From positions 14,074,001-14,138,000 of the forward strand of contig JAQFVV010000003.1 of NCBI GenBank assembly GCA_028023455.1: 64,000 nt of DNA, in the 5' to 3' direction. Each line of letters begins with the position of its first letter. Within the stretch, counting starts at the first letter, position 1. The notes beneath the pieces are model-generated. The model worked only from the letters and a program-made list of their open reading frames with translations. It searched no databases and was not told where the DNA came from. Shown one piece after another: positions 13,969 to 26,484 of this stretch. The position numbers and the translations under genes are program-made. This DNA comes from Epiperipatus broadwayi (taxonomy: Eukaryota; Animalia; Onychophora).

Positions 13969-14052
13969 AGCATCGGCCGGCACGTGAACCCGCAACCTGG
14001 GCAACTGCCTGCAAGTGCAAGGCAGTCGCGCTGACCTCTCGACCACCAATGC
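13969..14052 (-). pseudogene. tRNA-Gly-derived element with two ~6-nt internal insertions (SINE-head-like)
   Basis: Minus strand GCATTGG...CCGATGC gives a fully paired acceptor stem, A-box TGGTCGAGAGG and anticodon stem ACTGC/GCAGT enclosing CTTGCA-CTTGCA-G. The T-arm is disrupted. An A-rich tail lies downstream (13930-13960 as a T-run on +). Confidence 0.65.
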
Positions 14053-14503
14053 AAGACTTAATTGTTTATAACGCTCTTTTACAATTTAATATACAGTACT
14101 GTATTTATTTAGTAAATCATTGTAAAAGAAAGCTGGACAATCTGTTATACTCTTTGTAAAAAGTTTTTAATCTAATAATTTACTAGTTTCATTAAATAAA
14201 TAAATCATATGGTTAATTGTTTAATGTCATATATATTCGAACACCATGTGACAAGTTTAGAACAGCAGTTCCATTCAATTGACTAAATATTTTTTTTTTT
14301 ACTTTGCCAAATAAAATTCGATTCACTGTTCTAGATCCACATGCAATAGAAATTCCAATATAGTATCCAAATGATGCTCAGTACATATCCATAGGTTTTA
14401 TATAAAGTTAGCAAGATTTGTGGGTGCGAAAAAAAAAAAAGAAATTTTACTATAATTGTTTAATATTGAAATACAACTATTTTGTATATACTTAATCTAG
14501 ATA

Positions 14504-14765
14504 TAATTAAAGGGGATTTGAATCCAGATTTTCCAACTCCCCACAGTCATCCACTCTATCCAATACAATCGATACACATGACCACATACATGAGAAAAAG
14601 ATAACTGATCTCCAATATACAACTTATGAGTGCTGATTCAGTATGAAATACGCTTATTGATCATTTATCTTTTTCAAATGTATGTGATCATGTGTACCGA
14701 TTGTATTGAATAGAGTGAATAACCGCGGGGAGCTTGAAAGTCGGGGTTCAAATCCCCTGTAATTG
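14504..14765. mobile_element. Fold-back MITE, internally deleted copy of the 919-1325 family
   Basis: TAATTAAAGGGGATTTGAA...ATACACATGACCACATACATG...ATGTATGTGATCATGTGTACCGATTGTATT...TTCAAATCCCCTGTAATTG. Self-inverted, and shares its arms with 919-1325. Confidence 0.85.
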
Positions 14766-15802
14766 TTTAAATGATTTTGTTTCGATCAATCTCCTGATAT
14801 CTTTACCTTTCGCTTATTTGATGTCATTATTTGATTTTTTACTGCCATCTACCTGTAAATGAAGATACTATTTTAAATTCTTAAAAAATTAAATTGCAGA
14901 ATAAGAAAACATTTTTTTCCTTTGGTATAGATCGCCCTGCATTCGCTACATGTAAAAACAATTGCATATCCACTCAGTGTGTGTGTGTCTTTATATATGA
15001 GCATGTGATAAGATTCTGAAGGCATTTATCAATGTGTTGTTTTGGGAAGATAGTTAAAATATTTTAAATCTACATACATAATAAATGTATGTAACAATCA
15101 AATAGAAATGAGTTCATTTCAAATCTCACAAATGAAGTACGGTAATAGTAAATTTCTTTTAACAATAATTCAACTGTTGTCAGTTATTATGTTCATACAT
15201 CTGCATATATAGAAAAAGAAATAATGCTCAGGCTGTAGTCATGTAATTCGTGTTGGAAGGGAGGTTCAATAATCATTGGAGGGGGGGGGGGGACATTAAA
15301 ATTTTTTTTTTAATCATACTGTGTGCATGTATTAAATTATATTTATAATTTTAAAAAAAATGTAAAGGAAAAAATTGAAAAGTTTGGTTCTAAATTTTTG
15401 GAAGATGACAGTTCCTAATTCTTTCTGATGACTCTTGTTGAAAGATTGATTGATCTCCATTCAAATAATTTATTGTCATTAAATGTGTAAGCAATTTTTT
15501 GATAAGGTAAGAAGTCAGGAGCCGTTGTGAACAAAATTACTACCGTTGATAACCAATAATTACAGCCATTTTGTCGAACCACTGTTTGAGAAAATTGAAA
15601 ATTCTATTTAAACAATAAAAAAAATTTATTACTATATGAATTTTAAATTTGAATAATAAAAATTATTTAACATGTCACAGTATGTTGTTTATTTTTTGAC
15701 ATTTATTTGTAAGTTACTCAAATTATTTATTAAACTAATAAACATCACACGATCACCATTTCTTATTCTTGCTCATAACTGTTATTAAAACAGTTATTAA
15801 AA

Positions 15803-15920
15803 CTAGTCTGGGGATATTGAATGAGTAGGCACTAGATAGGGATTTTATGCACAAACTTTCTGGCATCCATTGATTACTCTGGCGTGCACTGAGTGACACT
15901 ACTGTATGGAGAGTTTTGCT
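15803..15920 (-). mobile_element. Half copy of the 6131-6339 MITE
   Basis: Reverse-complement match to 6135-6245 (GGATATT..ATGAG.AGGCACTAGATA...CATCCATTGATTA.TCTG...CTACT.TATGG.GAGTTTTGC). Confidence 0.75.
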
Positions 15921-18900
15921 TGCTTTAAATTATTTATTGATATAATAACAACAGCTATGGTATTTTGAAAATATTTATGCCAAAAATGAAATGTAAACAT
16001 GATTTAATAAAAAACGAGTTTTGTAAAGCGTTTGTTTAAAATTTAAAAAAAATTTAAGATATAACTAGTATGAAAAAATGAATAAATGTAACTTTATAAT
16101 TTATATGAATATAAAACTAAAGTTTAGAAGGACCCTCTGGCAATAGTGGTTATTACATCAACTTATTATTAGTTTAGGTTCTAGTCTAGATTGAATGAAA
16201 CTAAAAGATCAAGGTAGAGTTCAGTTTGCCATTACCTGAGATTCATATCTAGAGTGAATGAAGCTAGAAGACAATAGTGTTTAGGCATTAGTCTATTATT
16301 ACCTCAGATTTAGAATGAATAATGCAACAATTTCTCATTACTGGATTTTAAATCTAGGTGAAATAAAACTACAAGAGTCTTGTACATAAATGGTTATTAT
16401 ACCAACCTGTTATTTGTTAAAGTGTAAGTGAAGTCACAAGTTTAGATTTTTTTTCCAAATAATTATTCTAACCAATACAGTTAACCATTGAGTAATCTTC
16501 AGTAAATGGGTGTCTACTTAGACAATTAATAGATAAAGATTGCAGAAATAATCTGAATTAGTCGAATAAGTGTTAATTTGTTAATTATAAAATAAAAAAT
16601 ATGATGCAGCAGTCCTAGACAACTTATTGATACAACTATACATGAATATCACGTAACATATTTTTCAGTGGCAAAACAGCATTACATAATTTCTTTAAAA
16701 TGACTTCTTTCTGACTCCATACTAGAACTAAGAATCTAATCAAGATTGGTGCCAAAATGAAGAAAGATTGCCATCATTATAAAAAGATTATAAGAACCAC
16801 ATGATTTTTCAAACCATATAATTGACATATTGATATTTCTATGAAATTCTGCTCTTTTTTTTTTTTAAATGATAGAACCACAAATGTATCTAATTCTAAT
16901 TGTCAAAATGTCACAAGACTTTTCAAATATATTTCTATGCACTAGTCAATAATATGTTTTAATTCAGATTCTTTTCCTGTATAGTAATTTCTATGCACTA
17001 TATAGAAGTGACACTTATCTTAATTACTTGAAAGTTTTTATTTATTTTGAAAAATTGCAAATTCTCACATTATTTAATATTATGCAATGATTGAAAACAA
17101 TTGTACACTTTCAAAAATATATTTATTTATGAGACAAATGTATAATAGTGTATTTATTCTATCTGTTCAGAAGAAGTTTTTGCAAGAATTTAATTATTAA
17201 TGCTAACATAAAATTTTTTAATAACCAGTCAGGTAATGATTAAATGGTAACAAACATTTATTAACAATAAGAATAATAATGTAAAAAAATTAGCAATTTG
17301 ATAGTCCATTAATTCAATTGGTCTCTATAATTTATCCTCAAGTGGAATAATCATTTTGTATACAAGGAGTAAACCAATTTCACATTTGTGTCTCCAATTC
17401 TGAAGTCTAAACATAAACATGTGTATATTAATAACTAATGCATATAATTTTTTAGAAGTAACTCTCTTCTAGCAATTAAATTTCTTTCAGACAATAACTA
17501 TTTCTGTATATAAACAAAACTCGGTACTTTTTTAAGCGGTTTGTCCAGTAGAATGAAAAAGTACCCAAAACTCTTTAAAATTCCATTTGAATGCTTGCAT
17601 TGCACACACAATTTATCATTTTCTTAACCATAATTCTGCTATTAATTTCTGATCGCAATCTTGGTTAGATTTTGATTGTTTATCCCTTAGTGATAAACAT
17701 TTCTATCTGACAACCAGTACTTGGCATATTCGACTGCATGGGAGTTTATTAATTTTAATTCTCTAATTTGTATGTAAATTTTATTCAGTTTAATTTACTA
17801 TAGTAATTGTATCATTGTAAATTTTTTAAAGTAGTTTTAAAGGGAAGTAATTTTAATATTGAAATAATTTGTATGTATTTACAAAAAAATAAATATTTTA
17901 TTTATAATATATTTTATATGCACAAACATTTCAATAACATTTGAAAAATATTGTATGATAATATATAAAATTAAACAAAAAATATTTTCCCCATCACTAT
18001 TTTAATGAATATTATAAAAGTTATTAATTATAATATGTTTTTAAAACATGCAAATAAAACAAAGAATAGTAACAAAAAGTGGTTCTGCTTTAGCATACAA
18101 TTTATCCATCAGTTAGTGTTACATAGTACATACCACCAAAGAAAACTAATTGATAAATAAAATATATGGTTATTTGAAAAATAATTTTTAGATAAACTTA
18201 ATTTTTTTTTTTGTTATATTCTTGAATGATATTAGAAACACTTATCAGAAGTAATACATGAATTACAATTTCATAGATTACTTTTTGCTTGGTAAAATAT
18301 AAATCATTACACTACTTTTTAAATGCTTTTATTTAAATTGAAAAATTGGTTTGTTTGTTTGTTAACTCATGAGAGGGCAGTATAAAGTGTTTTTTTTTTT
18401 CAATTTAATATTTTTTTAACATTTTAAAATTGACATTTAATATATTGAAGTTTAATATAACTTGTTAAAATCATATACATTTGTTTAAAATATCTATGAA
18501 GGTGATAGGACACATTAATTTTTTTAATAAGTAACTTAGTTTCTTAGAAAGAATGGGAGGAATGTTTTTTAAATAATGATCACTAACAATTTTATTTGTT
18601 ATGATTTAAGTAATGAGAAAGTTGTTTATAATATAGTTTTATTAAGCTTTTTAAAAAAAAATTCAAATAGAAAGATAGAATATCAACAATTTTAAACAGA
18701 AAAGTTACTGATTTCTTATACATATATAATTATGTACACATGATAAATATGATATATATACATATACTTCAGAAATATCTAGTGATATATATACACTATA
18801 TGTGTGAAAATGATTTAAAGAAAAATTATATGTATTTAATGAAGTTCATTTACAATATAATTTTGGTAAGCATTTCTTTTTAAATAAAAAATTTGCAATC

Positions 18901-19160
18901 AAAGTAAAAATGTTGAGCACTTTTTACTTAAAATAATATTTCATATTTTTAATTACTTATACATATATATATTATTATGTACACATACTAAACAGGATAT
19001 ATACATGAGTATATATTTTAACTTATAGCAGAAATATCTAATATATATATCAACTATAAGTATCCAGTCAATTTGAAGTATAATATAGTTTTATATTTTC
19101 ACTTATTGTACCAATATTAAAAACTTATAAATAATAAGGGAGTAAAAAAAAATCATATTT

Positions 19161-19422
19161 AATGCTTTTTTTGATCATGAATTAAAAAGCAAAAAAATAA
19201 TTGTTTCTTCAACCACAATTGGGATTTTTAGATTTAACTTGAAATAAAAGCTTGGGGGGGTCAGAAATTAATTAAGTCAGTCCCTATTTTATAACAAGTG
19301 ATTGACCTAATTAATTTGTAAATCCTCCATGTTTTTATTTCAAGTTAAGTGTAAAAACCCCAATTGTGGTTAAAGAAACAATTATTTTTTTTGCTTTTTA
19401 GTGCACAATCAATAAAAGCATT
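19161..19422. mobile_element. Fold-back (palindromic) MITE-like element ~260 bp
   Basis: Arms 19182-19250 and 19331-19400 are near-perfect reverse complements (AAAAAGCAAAAAAATAATTGTTTCTT.AACCACAATTGGG...TTAACTTGAAATAAAA). Weaker inner and outer pairing extends them. Confidence 0.85.
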
Positions 19423-19930
19423 TAGTATTAATTTTTTTTATCTCTATTATTAATATATTTGTTGCCATACAGTTTTGAATTTTCATGTGTTCTCATAACA
19501 CCATTTTATTTGTTATGATTTATTTTCCTTTAATACAGTTTTTGCCATAAATATTAATTACAGTAGTATAATACACACTTCCAAATTTTGGACCTGTAAA
19601 AGAGGGATATATCTTAAATTACAAACAAAAAATTTTAACATCTTATTTCTGTGAATCTTTGCTTTACGCTATACATGCACATAGTATTACAATCATTACT
19701 AATGTAGAATAGCATGTTAAATCTGTTTTAATTAAAAGAAAAGATTTAGTATTATATGTCAATATTTTTTGGAATAAAATCATAAAACAGCTTTAACTCA
19801 GACCACTACTTATAACATTATTTTGGTATTATTTTATTGAGAAACTATTGACTAACCTTTTGAATTTATTGTATAACTAATAAATCAGTACATCAATGAG
19901 ATAAGAACCTGCCTTCATTCTGATTGGTTA

Positions 19931-20187
19931 TTGATTGTTCTCTACACAGAGTGCCTGTCAACAATTTTGACAATTTTGATCTTTGTTTTGATTTTGAAAT
20001 GAAAATGTATGTTTTAGAATCTTAACATTATTTTGCTGATTTTACCATTATTTTATCAAGAAAACTATACTGAATACCTTTGTTCTAATTGATTGTTTCT
20101 TCTCTACACAAGAGAGTGCCTGTCAATGATTTTGACAGTTATGATATCTTTGTTTTGATTTCAAAGTGAAAACATATTTTAAAATCT
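19931..20187. repeat. Direct repeat, two ~95-bp copies
   Basis: TTGATTGTT..CTCTACACA..GAGTGCCTGTCAA..ATTTTGACA.TT.TGAT..CTTTGTTTTGATTT occurs at ~19931 and ~20089. Confidence 0.8.
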
Positions 20188-20544
20188 TTTTTACACATTT
20201 ATAATATTTCAGAAAATATTTTAAAAGTATAAATTTTAGAATGATTTAGATTTTAATAGAAACATTTATTTTTATATGAAAGCACATTAAGGAAATCCAT
20301 GACATATGGCAGTAATTTGTAATTAGATGACAAAAATATATTTTATGTTTACCACAGTAGGTTATTTTTGCCAATTAAAAAGAAAAAAAAATTTTTTTTT
20401 TAAACTTTTAATTGGACAAATTATTAATTTCTATTTTAGAAAAAGCTTTTAATCAAAAGAAAAAACATATACCAATAATATTAAATATCTACTATATTTT
20501 AAAATCTTTGAAAAAAAAAGTGTATGGTATTTACACTATAAAAA

Positions 20545-20700
20545 AAAAAGACTTCATGCAAGCAATGTGAACCTGAAGAAATTATCAAAAAAATCTTTAA
20601 AATGTTGCATTGCTAATGATTTAAATGGCCTGAAGATGACCTGGTGGAATAGTGTAGATAAGAAGTCAAGTTCTGAAAATGAAAATATAGAAAATGAAAG
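20545..20700 (+). mobile_element. pogo/Tigger-like transposase C-terminal relic
   Basis: PEEIIKKS(L)KCCIANDLNG plus frameshifted EDDL, resembling the pogo-family 'I.KSFKKC.ISN.LDG.EDD' tail. Confidence 0.45.
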
Positions 20701-20812
20701 TATGTCTGTGAAGAAGATTCACAATAAATTAGGTGAGCTTATTCTATTTATATTAATTCCTATTTAAGTAAATAAAAATGTTTCTTATTTTTCAATGAAA
20801 TCATTAAAAAAA

Positions 20813-22994
20813 TTTGGTTGTTTTCTCATCCCTGGTGTTCACCTCAAGATGTCGCTATTTCTAGGTAAATTCCTAGAAATATACCATTTCACTGGCATTC
20901 ACCCAACAAACGAGGAAATTTTCTACGCTATAAATGCAGAAAAAGTTCTCATGTTATGTTGGGCTGTGACAGAAGCCAACACAAAGAGACTTTTTTCTAT
21001 GATAAAACACAGAAAGAGTTCCCGACAACGGCTGCCGGTTATGGCTTTTGTTTTTTTTCTATGCTAAAAGCAAAGAGAAATGCCTTTATTGGCTGCTGTA
21101 GTTGATTTTGTTATTCATTTTCTCGTAATCTTCGAATATCTATTATCTCTGTAGTTTGGTGTGAGAGTGTGTGTATTTGAGCCAGTCGTAGTTTTTTAAA
21201 TATTTTTTTAATGTGATGTAACTTACTTTAGTGTTGTAAGTTTATTAATAGTGATGTGAAGCTTCCATGAGGAATGTGTAACCCTCAGAAAGTTATTTAA
21301 AAGGATACATGCCAGCATTTATTTGACAATCACGTGACAAATAATGTTCTCGTGAGAATTCGTTCAAGAACAAGTAAGATGTCCACTGCCAGGGCAATTG
21401 CTGTGGCGTATTTGCAAAAATAAAAATATCCTGTTGAAACAGAAAAAGTGTCTTTGTGGTGAGGAAATGTGAATTCATGCTAATAAAGATCTGTTATGTC
21501 CACCAGTTCTATATAATACTCGCTGGCGAACAATCTATGCACTAAGCCAACCTTGCCCTGCCTATATATGCATACAAGAATCCTAATCCCTGAGACTAAT
21601 GCCGGTAGAATAAGAAAAGCAGAAGATTTAATTATAATACACTAATATCTATATATTTACACGAATACATTAAAACAATCATTATACATTTAGATCAACA
21701 AAACCCGAAGGTATACCAAAATAAGAAGAATAAAGATCTATGCGACCTACTTTATAGTCCCTGTTATGCTGAATCTTGGATGTTCAGAGGCCAGCAGTCT
21801 GCTACCGTGCTAAATAAGTGATGTTCAGCACCTTTTACAGTTCATCTGCATTGGGTAGAACTCCTAGTTTGCCGATACTTTACACTTGCACTTATTTCAC
21901 CAGTTCTGAATATTTCTGGATTTGATTGGTCAAATCTTGTCCGTCCATCCATCCTGGTCGGATAAATCCCTCCCAGTTTACTTGCAGAAGCAGATTTAGA
22001 CTTACCTTTTACTTTGATTGATTACCCCTTTTGCAGCCCGATTACTTTTTTAATTAATTATTCATCTTGTTGATCTGCAGAGTTCCTTGGTGAATTAACC
22101 TTCCTATCTCAAAGGATTTTTTTTTCTTTGCTGTTTTACATTAAAGTCTAAGATGATTTTAAATTAACAAAGTATTTTTTTTTTATCTTCACGTATCTAT
22201 ATATATATATATAACTTGCATATGTATATGCGCCAATTGATACACGTACTTACGATTCAATATTAAATCCCCATTTACAATTATTATTTTGTGTGTATTT
22301 TAATTATACACCTACATAACAATACTTACCCCAAGTTCGAAGATTATTTGTTAGTCTTCGACCTTAACATAGAATCCTTTAATTAAATATTTGGGAGGGT
22401 TTATTTTCCTTTTGAGTTGTTGCCGTGAATTATTTTCCATTTGTAGTGATGTATGTGTATCATTAAAACACACACAAAATCATATTAGTAAATGTCTAAA
22501 TTACACTACTTTTTATAGATTTATAATTACGTATTACCGTAATTTTAAAAAGACACACCTAAAGTCAAAAAAAAATTAGAAAAACACCGTAACTTTAAAG
22601 ACACACACACAAACTCAAAAAACAATATAAGATTAATAAACATATACTTATTACGTATTGCTTTTTAATAAAATGATTGATTTACTCTTGAAAAAAATAC
22701 CGTAACTTTAAAAAGACATACATAAAGTAAAAAAAAAAAATTAGAAAAAAACACCGTAACTTTAAAGACACACACACAAACTAAAAAACAATGTAATATT
22801 AATAAACATTTACAAAAATGAAAGACTAACATCATATAATAGTATTAGTTAATAGAATATTTTATTACAAATCTAATAAATCAGATTTTTTAATATCAAA
22901 TCAATCACACAAGTCCGGCCCCGGAATCATTATATGCATATGTTTTTGATTAGCATCAATGCCATCCAACACCAGGGATGAGAAAACAACCAAA
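20813..22994. mobile_element. 2.2-kb segment bounded by a perfect 27-bp inverted repeat, probable hAT derivative
   Basis: TTTGGTTGTTTTCTCATCCCTGGTGTT (20813-20839) versus AACACCAGGGATGAGAAAACAACCAAA (22968-22994). Internal peptide LCWAVTEANTKRLFSMIKHRKSSRQRL resembles the hAT C-terminal dimerisation motif. Subterminal repeats lie at 22536-22810. No TSD found. Confidence 0.5.
22536..22810 (+). repeat. Four copies of ACCGTAAYTTTAAA(AA)GACA arranged as a duplicated dimer
   Basis: The motif starts at 22536, 22586, 22699 and 22753. The two ~100-bp dimers are near identical. Confidence 0.85.
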
Positions 22995-23360
22995 AAATTT
23001 TTCCCAACTTTAAAATCCTACTGCATCTTAAATTCAGGGATTTCTTAAATATTCAAAGTAATATGGTATTGCTTGATAAAATGTAAATCATTTTATTGCT
23101 TTTACTTAATTTAGTTGCTATATGGTAATTGCTTTTTATGGTATTTCATGAATATGCATAAAGATACAAATTTATATTATTTAAAATGTTTATTTTCATT
23201 AATATAGCAATCATTTACTGTATAATAAAAATAAAATATCTCTAAAATTTAATACTTTTTGACCAAATTTATTTTTAAACTATATAATTTTATTTATGAA
23301 TTAAATTTAATTATTTTCAAAGTTTGTACAATTTATTTTTTACTGATTAATTTTTATTTA

Positions 23361-24370
23361 TTGATGTGATGTAATGCACTATGGCTTCTTCTCTATTGGA
23401 GTCAGGGATCTCTACCACTACGCCCAGAGAAATCTGTTAGCCATCTTATCTTCCCTTTCCATTCTCCATATTCTTCTCTGTCCCGTTCCATCCCATTTCC
23501 ACAACATCATCTTTGTCCACCCTATGGTCTTTATATTTAGATCCCCCTTATCTTTCTCCAACCTCAGCATAAAAACCAAGAACTCACTTTCTATATAATC
23601 ACTGTGTTTATATTTATTCTTCCACAACTTACTATTTGTACTTTTTCTGCTTGTAAGCATTTTCATTCAATTAGAAGATGCCTAATATTTTCCATGCCTT
23701 GCTTGCATAACTTGCAGACTAAATCACCCACATTTCTCCAATGTATATATTTCCTTGTTGCTAATGATTCTATTCAACCCTTAAACATTCTGTTGCTATT
23801 ATTGTAAATTAACTCCCCACTCAATATTCTGTTTACTTCTATAAATATTTAAACTCTTTTTACTCTCCATACTAGTTCTATCTTTCCAACTCCCTATTTT
23901 TTATTAATGCATCTATTCTTATATCCTATTCTTTGCCACTGTAACACTCAGCAATTCTTCCTGTACAATCATCCTACTTTACTGATGAAGTCTATCAAAA
24001 TCCTGTACAATCATCCTACTTTACTGATGAAGTCTTTCAAAATCTTCTGCGTACTGTACTACCTTTCTCACCCATATTGGTGTCTGTCCTTTACTTGTAA
24101 CCCAATTCAATACTATTTTGGCTATTCTCTTACTATCCATAAATTGCAATCTGCCAAACATTTTGCTTTTTGCATCTCATAAAAACTTGACCATCCCATT
24201 TCTCCTTGAATTGCCTCCTTTGCTGTCCACACATCTGCATGTAATGCATGTATTCCTACTTCTCTAAGTATTTTTTCTAAGTAATATCTTATGCATGTCT
24301 TCCTACTTCTCTTAGTATTTTTTCTGAGTAATATAATGCCCTTTACTAAAACATAATGCATCATTATCAT
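23361..24370 (-). mobile_element. 3' fragment of the esterase-LINE family (same family as 37893-42160)
   Basis: Collinear with 37893-38900 (e.g. VWTAKEAIQGEMGWSSF versus VWTAKEAIQEEMGWSSF). Shares the 3' end and a (CATCA)-like 5-mer tail. Confidence 0.85.
23959..24044. repeat. 42-bp tandem duplication (1 mismatch)
   Basis: TCCTGTACAATCATCCTACTTTACTGATGAAGTCT(A/T)TCAAAA x2. Confidence 0.95.
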
Positions 24371-25080
24371 AATTATCCAGATATTTATTATTTACTCCAG
24401 AGACATTGTAAACATGAGCTTAGACTATCTTTCTGAACTAATGGCCATTGCAATAAAAAGTTTAAGACTATTTAAACATTAAGTAATTCAAAAACTCCTT
24501 AATGATAAAGATACTGTCAACTATTTATTGATTATTCAACTTTGCAATAAATGGCTCAAGAATATCTGCTTCTAAGAGTTTTATTTTTAAGAATTGATAT
24601 TATTGAACTAACTGAAAAATATCAAAATAAATTTAATATAGCAAAAGTGTGTCTGATCTACTGAGAAATGTCTATTGAATGTAAAGCATTATCAATATTG
24701 GAGGGTAGTATGGAAATGCAAGAATTTAGGTATGGTTGCATGACATATTTTGAAATGAGCTATAACTTTATCAAAATATGAACAATGATTAATTTTTCCT
24801 CTGATAAAGATATGATCATAAGATTGATTCAGCTATTATCTATTAGATTATCCTATTAGGTATCGATATGTGGTATGTCATTCATTGCATAGCAGATTAC
24901 TTCTGATACATGTTGGCAGTACATTTGCAATTTGACAATATGTGAATCAAGAGCTACATCTTATATAATGCTCTTTTGTGAATGATAAATAGAAGTTTTT
25001 TTTGCTAGTTATTAATTATATTATTAATTTTCCAAGTCTCCAAAAATCTAAAGGTTCTATGAAGCATGTATGAGATGTTG

Positions 25081-25169
25081 TTAGTTTGATCCTAGAAGCA
25101 TTACCTCAATGTCTATAATTCATGTTATTAGTTTGATCATAGAAGCATTACCTCAATGTCTATAATTCA
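25081..25169. repeat. 47-bp period tandem duplication
   Basis: TTAGTTTGATC(C/A)TAGAAGCATTACCTCAATGTCTATAATTCA occurs at 25081 and 25128. Confidence 0.95.
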
Positions 25170-25310
25170 GCCATTAAAATATATCATTGATTGTTTTTAT
25201 ACCTGTTCCAGGAATATTATTAGATGTCCTTACCTCTTGATTATTTTGTCTTCTTACATAATTAATACATTGCTTTGGAAATTTAAGTGATATGATTTAC
25301 ATAATGTTCC

Positions 25311-25658
25311 ATGACTCTGGTGAGTTTCACTTCAGTTGTATTATTACTGATATTTGAAATAACTTATATAGAGAAAGCACATAAATATGTTGCAACAGAA
25401 TTGTGCCAGCTAGATATTTGCTATTGCTTTTTTAGGCCTGGGAATGATTATTTACTTATAGCCATGAATAATGAACCAGACTATACAAGATGGGGTGATT
25501 ATAATCTAAAATTTAATCCTATTTCATTACAGTCATTGAGAATGATTAGACCAAACTGTACATCAAGTACAAATCTCAACATAGACCCAATCATATTTGG
25601 TGGCCATCATTTACCTCAAATATATATTATTATACTAATAGTTAAGTGTTTAAATTAG
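25311..25658 (+). CDS. Hypothetical 115-aa secreted/GPI-like protein or terminal exon, possible NTR/NtA-like domain fragment
   Basis: Uninterrupted ORF in unique sequence with a hydrophobic N-terminus, C-x-C-x3-PG-x2-YLLI motif, ISLQSL...C and a hydrophobic C-terminus. A strong donor CTG|GTGAGT at 25319/25320 means the true gene structure may differ. Confidence 0.35.
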   Translation: MTLVSFTSVVLLLIFEITYIEKAHKYVATELCQLDICYCFFRPGNDYLLIAMNNEPDYTRWGDYNLKFNPISLQSLRMIRPNCTSSTNLNIDPIIFGGHHLPQIYIIILIVKCLN

Positions 25659-26484
25659 CCTTATCAGAACAGATAGATCAAAATATATTCTACTCTTAGG
25701 TATGCGTAAAATATTTGTCAGATTAGAAATTGATGAAAAGATGCTTAAATAATAACAACTGATTTATTTACAACAAAAAAATAAATAAAACATTTTAACT
25801 TCTCTTATATTTACACATGTACATAATCAATAAAATAAAATATATATGACAAAAAACTATTTAGAATTGAACTTGAAAAACCATCAAGTGTATAATAGCT
25901 AAACTCATTTACTTAAAATCTTTAATTTCCCCCCCAAACTTGTCTAACCTCATAGTCCCAAGGTTAATAATCATAATTATCATATCAACAAATCTTATGA
26001 TTTAAAACAATGTTTTTCCATTCTTTTCAGATCATAAAGTAAATTTACTCTTGTAATAAAAACAAAAAAATATCAATATATTAATTTAAGAAGAAAATGA
26101 TCTTTTGCAAACAAAAACTAAATTACTTTCAATGATTGTAAACAAAATTATTACATATTTATAACAATCATTTAAAAGACAACAAAATTTTCTTTTGTTT
26201 TGTTTGCATGTTAAGCTTAACATACATAACCAGTTTTTCTTCTACATTGAAGATATTAAATATCAACTTAACATTAAGATCTTCAGTCATTATTTAAGTA
26301 TTACCATGGCTTCATGTATAAATGGTAAAACTAGCAATTTTTTCTGATAACAATGGCTCAAATGGGTTTATGGGAACCACTGACATATCAAGCACAATGT
26401 TGATGACAGATTATGGTGGAGATTCCTCAAGGGTGATACATAAGCAACTCACAAACATGACTTCAAACAAGGCAATGAAACATC

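Noticed and set aside
15420-15600. Possible MULE transposase relic (minus strand)
   Set aside because: Only vague similarity and multiple stops, so it cannot be supported without a search.
17480-17750. Possible Harbinger/PIF transposase relic (minus strand, ..NGILKSF..)
   Set aside because: A single weak motif, with no TIR or TSD identified.
22536-22810. CRISPR-like repeat/spacer appearance
   Set aside because: The spacers are themselves duplicated and A-rich, the repeats vary, the context is eukaryotic and there are no cas genes.
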